Part shown: piece by piece, positions 29,334 through 32,000 of the stretch | Layout: each line of letters starts with the position of its first letter | Numbering within the stretch: the first letter of the stretch is position 1 | Source: Pyrodictium delaneyi | Lineage (GTDB): Archaea > Thermoproteota > Thermoprotei_A > Sulfolobales > Pyrodictiaceae | Direction: 5' to 3' | Assembly (NCBI RefSeq): GCF_001412615.1 | Contig: NZ_CP013011.1 | Coordinates: forward strand, 990,001-1,022,000 | Length of the DNA stretch: 32,000 bases | Program-made: the position numbers and the translations under genes | The notes under the pieces: generated by a model | The model's database searches: none | Told to the model about the DNA's origin: nothing | Seen by the model: only the letters and a program-made list of their open reading frames with translations

Positions 29334-30050
29334 CTACCTCTTCTTGCGGCCAGTCGAGCGCGCTGCTATGTGGCCGACCTTTCTGCCTGGTGGAGCATCT
29401 CTGGATACTGTTGTTGGGAAGCTTGGACTCTGGTGGCTACCACCACCATGTGGGTGGTTCACAGCGTTCATTGCTACACCGCGTACGCGTGGCCATACAT
29501 GGGCCTTAGCCTTCCACTTGTAGTAGGCCGCACCAGCTTTGAGTAGGGGCTTCTCTAAGCGACCAGCACCTGCAACTATTCCTATAGTTGCTCTAGCATC
29601 ATTAGGGACTTCTTTCACTTTCCCGCTGGGTAACTGTACTATAGTCTTATTACCGCTACGACCAAGTATGACAGCATAAGCCCCGGAAGAGCGGGCTAGC
29701 TTCCCACCATCACCAGGCCTTATCTCTATATTATATATCTGCGTACCCTCAGGTATCTTGCCTACTGGAAGTATGTTACCGTTAGCAGGTTTAGCATCCG
29801 GCCCGACCTCTATTATTTGGCCAACATACATACCTTCAGCTGCAGGGATCCAGAACTCCTCACCATTCTCGAGCACTACATGAGCTAGTGGAACCCAGCG
29901 GCCGGGATCATGCACTAGTTCCACTACGCGTCCTCTTAGAGTGGCTGGCGATAGAGGCGGGTATTTGGCCGGCGCTGGGTGTAACCACGGCTTACTGCGA
30001 TATACTGGCGAGCCCTTACCTCTACGCTGTACTATCAAGCGCTTACCCAT
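29334..30050 (-). CDS. rpl2: 50S ribosomal protein L2 (uL2)
   Basis: MGKRLIVQRRGKGSPVYRS...GNILPVGKIPEGTQIYNIE.RPGDGGKLARSSG...VRGVAMNAVNHPHGGG. Confidence 0.95.
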   Translation of the reverse strand: MGKRLIVQRRGKGSPVYRSKPWLHPAPAKYPPLSPATLRGRVVELVHDPGRWVPLAHVVLENGEEFWIPAAEGMYVGQIIEVGPDAKPANGNILPVGKIPEGTQIYNIEIRPGDGGKLARSSGAYAVILGRSGNKTIVQLPSGKVKEVPNDARATIGIVAGAGRLEKPLLKAGAAYYKWKAKAHVWPRVRGVAMNAVNHPHGGGSHQSPSFPTTVSRDAPPGRKVGHIAARSTGRKKR

Positions 30051-31461
30051 AGCGTAGCACCCGTCCCCAGTGCGTCGCCCCTGGTATACTCTGACTCTTA
30101 ACTGTTATCGGTATAGGGAGTATCTTGAAAGGAATCGCTCTCTGCGCCTGCTGGTAGCGGAGAAGAGCTTCGCCAACACCTAGTCTACGAAGCACATCGA
30201 GATCCTCATACACGACACCACTATACCTACTGACATCTCTTATGTATACATCATCTACTGATCCGAACATAATCACATTGCTGATATTATTCCATACTTC
30301 AGAGCTATAGTCGCTTGGCTGTTGCGATGAAAGAACGAGACTAATATTGCTACTCCTGCCTTCACGAACTAACCTTCTAACAACATCACTGTTCTTAATT
30401 CTCCAAAACTCGTCTATTACAAGTACCGAACTCACACTATTGTTTCGAAGCACATCAAAGATGGTATCTAATATAGTTTCTAGCTGGATATACTTTTCAT
30501 TCTCACTTAGATACGCCAAGTCTAATACCATAATACCGTGGAAGCTATCACTAAATAAGTTGGAGACAATTAAGTGATGATAACTATATCCATCCTCTAC
30601 TACAACATGTTTTGCTAGTCTGGTCCCCTTCAAAAACCTCCAAACATCTCCCTTGGGATCTACCAACACTGCTTTTACGTCGTAAAGTAACGTAGCCAGT
30701 AATGCAACTAGGACTGCAAGGGTTGTCTTCCCCCTACCAGTTGGCCCCACAATTAAAGTATGTTGAGCACCCCTATTATCCCATAAAGGTAGCCCGACAA
30801 GTTTTCCCAACACCAGGTCGTGTCCGATAGGAACGGTTTTCACACCATCAAGGATCTTACCTAACATGCGTACATACTCCATCCAACTTAAACTCGAGCC
30901 TATAATGCTACTGAGTGATTGAATAATATTCCCACTATTGTTTTTTAAAAAACTCACACTTAGGCATTTACGTTTAGGTTTACAACCAAGTACGGCAAGC
31001 ATATCAATAACACTATTGTAATTTTCTTCAATACTTTTTGTACTACCACATACTAGTATGTATAGTGCCGGCTTGACGGGATCATCATAAACCATAATGT
31101 TTTCATATATCTTCCTAAGCACCTCAAGTTTGTTTCTTGCACGCATATTGTTAGGATTGCGTTCTAGCTCAACCTCGTAGGATAGTATTTTGGACTCTAG
31201 AATCCTCGCAGCATAATTACCTCTAACATGTTTATAGAGTAGCATTATGCCACATATTCTTCTATCCAGTAACTTAGATTTGTTGCCCAGTAGCTTTGTG
31301 AAGCATGTCTCGTCGCCCTTAATCTCGATGAGTACGCCAAGAACGCCATCTGTTAGTTCCGAGACACAAAGAGTATTCACAACTTTATCTCTACCCTTTG
31401 TAAGCTTTACTAGCTTGTATAAATACGTAGCAATGGTACTTATAATCATGTAAATCACCAA
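30043..31461 (-). CDS. VirB4/TrbE/CedB-like P-loop ATPase (AAA_10/DUF87-like), low GC
   Basis: Walker A is LIVGPTGRGKTT (30724-30747) and Walker B context is VLVIDEFWRI, resembling the hhhDEAW of VirB4/TraC-type ATPases. A later LVLSSQQPSD follows (TQ..D-like), and there is an N-terminal non-ATPase domain of about 230 aa. The more likely start is ATG at 31449, preceded by GGTGA at -11..-7. The stop overlaps the rpl2 ATG. Confidence 0.75.
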   Translation of the reverse strand: MVIYMIISTIATYLYKLVKLTKGRDKVVNTLCVSELTDGVLGVLIEIKGDETCFTKLLGNKSKLLDRRICGIMLLYKHVRGNYAARILESKILSYEVELERNPNNMRARNKLEVLRKIYENIMVYDDPVKPALYILVCGSTKSIEENYNSVIDMLAVLGCKPKRKCLSVSFLKNNSGNIIQSLSSIIGSSLSWMEYVRMLGKILDGVKTVPIGHDLVLGKLVGLPLWDNRGAQHTLIVGPTGRGKTTLAVLVALLATLLYDVKAVLVDPKGDVWRFLKGTRLAKHVVVEDGYSYHHLIVSNLFSDSFHGIMVLDLAYLSENEKYIQLETILDTIFDVLRNNSVSSVLVIDEFWRIKNSDVVRRLVREGRSSNISLVLSSQQPSDYSSEVWNNISNVIMFGSVDDVYIRDVSRYSGVVYEDLDVLRRLGVGEALLRYQQAQRAIPFKILPIPITVKSQSIPGATHWGRVLRYG

Positions 31462-31631
31462 CTTAGAGTTCTTTTAACAATCATAAATAGAACAATATTT
31501 ATCAATGATATCAGTATTATTGTTATATTTTTTGAATATAATCCCTCAATAACACCATATAATGATAATGCTAAAGCAATATGTAGAGACCTTCTGAATG
31601 TTATATTCGTTATAGCCTTTGTCTGCTTCAT
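31455..31631 (-). CDS. 58-aa two-helix hairpin membrane protein (candidate VirB2/CedA1-like pilin); below the ORF-track cutoff
   Basis: My own translation gives MKQTKAITNITFRRSLHIALALSLYGVIEGLYSKNITIILISLINIVLFMIVKRTLSW*. A GGTGA SD lies 8-12 nt upstream of the ATG, and the stop is 5 nt before the ATPase ATG at 31449. Basic N-terminus followed by two hydrophobic helices joined by a short turn. Confidence 0.45.
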   Translation of the reverse strand: MKQTKAITNITFRRSLHIALALSLYGVIEGLYSKNITIILISLINIVLFMIVKRTLSW

Positions 31632-31656
31632 CCTAATTCACCTTTACTAAGGCTGA

Positions 31657-31938
31657 TTAGTCGAATATTATGCGGGGCGACGATGCACCTATCAGCCTAG
31701 CAAAACTTATGGTCATCATAGACATTATGGTCAAGTATGAAAATACAGTTACAGGAAACGCGGTTCCGTAGACTATGTAGTACACTATCGCGTCCTCCAT
31801 GGTCATGTTAGGGTAATTGTAGCCTTCACTTATTTCTAAATTATATGTATAGTTATCTATTCTTTTATTGAATTTAATGCTAAGTAATTTGATGCCGTCC
31901 GGTACTCTTAGACTGAAAATTATTGTCCTTACTTGCAT
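31657..31938 (-). CDS. hypothetical protein with a C-terminal hydrophobic anchor (93 aa), first complete gene of the AT-rich operon
   Basis: A GGAGG SD lies just upstream of ATG 31938. The N-terminal part of about 55 aa is beta-rich, followed by AIVYYIVYGTAFPVTVFSYLTIMSMMTISFARLIG. The stop is 25 nt before the 58-aa ORF. An upstream ORF (…HRLENSSKNIM*, stop at 31965) continues beyond the window. Confidence 0.45.
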   Translation of the reverse strand: MQVRTIIFSLRVPDGIKLLSIKFNKRIDNYTYNLEISEGYNYPNMTMEDAIVYYIVYGTAFPVTVFSYLTIMSMMTISFARLIGASSPRIIFD

Positions 31939-32000
31939 ACCCCTCCAAGGGTTCGTTAGTTCAACTACATTATATTCTTCGAAGAATTCTCTAGCCGGTG

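Overview
Archaeal chromosome segment. The gene set (S4e, L14e, L19e, L32e, L34e, Rpp29 inside the r-protein operon, Cbf5, archaeal-type Adk and Cmk) and the very GC-rich tRNA stems suggest a hyperthermophilic crenarchaeon (Thermoproteota); that assignment is inference. About two thirds of the window is the conserved ribosomal-protein superoperon, all on the minus strand: DUF171-L3-L4-L23 | L22-S3-L29-Rpp29-S17-L14-L24-S4e-L5-S14-S8-L6-L32e-L19e-L18-S5-L30-L15-SecY-Adk-membrane protein-L34e-Cmk-L14e-Cbf5-methyltransferase-tRNA-Ser. Next come amt-glnK, a thioredoxin-like gene, a MoaD-like gene and a PEBP fragment at the left edge. Three things are unusual. (1) rpl2-rps19 are absent from their universal slot between rpl23 and rpl22, where a 503-nt non-coding scar sits at 19175-19677. 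The pair lies about 9.6 kb upstream at 28818-30050. (2) The space between the displaced pair and DUF171-L3 holds a lower-GC cassette (about 23.4-28.6 kb). It encodes a translationally coupled MoxR-type AAA+ ATPase and a 672-aa CoxE-like VWA/MIDAS protein with a large helical N-terminal region, plus a CxxCxxCC (YkgJ-type) protein, a class I SAM methyltransferase and two small unknowns. (3) Immediately upstream of rpl2, overlapping its start codon by 8 nt, is a strongly AT-rich operon that runs off the window edge. It encodes a VirB4/TrbE/CedB-like ATPase preceded by an unlisted 58-aa two-helix hairpin membrane protein (VirB2/CedA1-pilin-like) and a 93-aa membrane-anchored protein. Smaller observations: a 1-nt homopolymer frameshift splitting amt, GC-rich palindromes in the scar, a weak C/D-box sRNA candidate, a tiny basic ORF, and a perfect palindrome across the tRNA-Ser 5' processing site. 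No CRISPR array, rRNA, transposase or integrase was seen. All homology calls rest on motif recognition by eye and memory; no searches were run.
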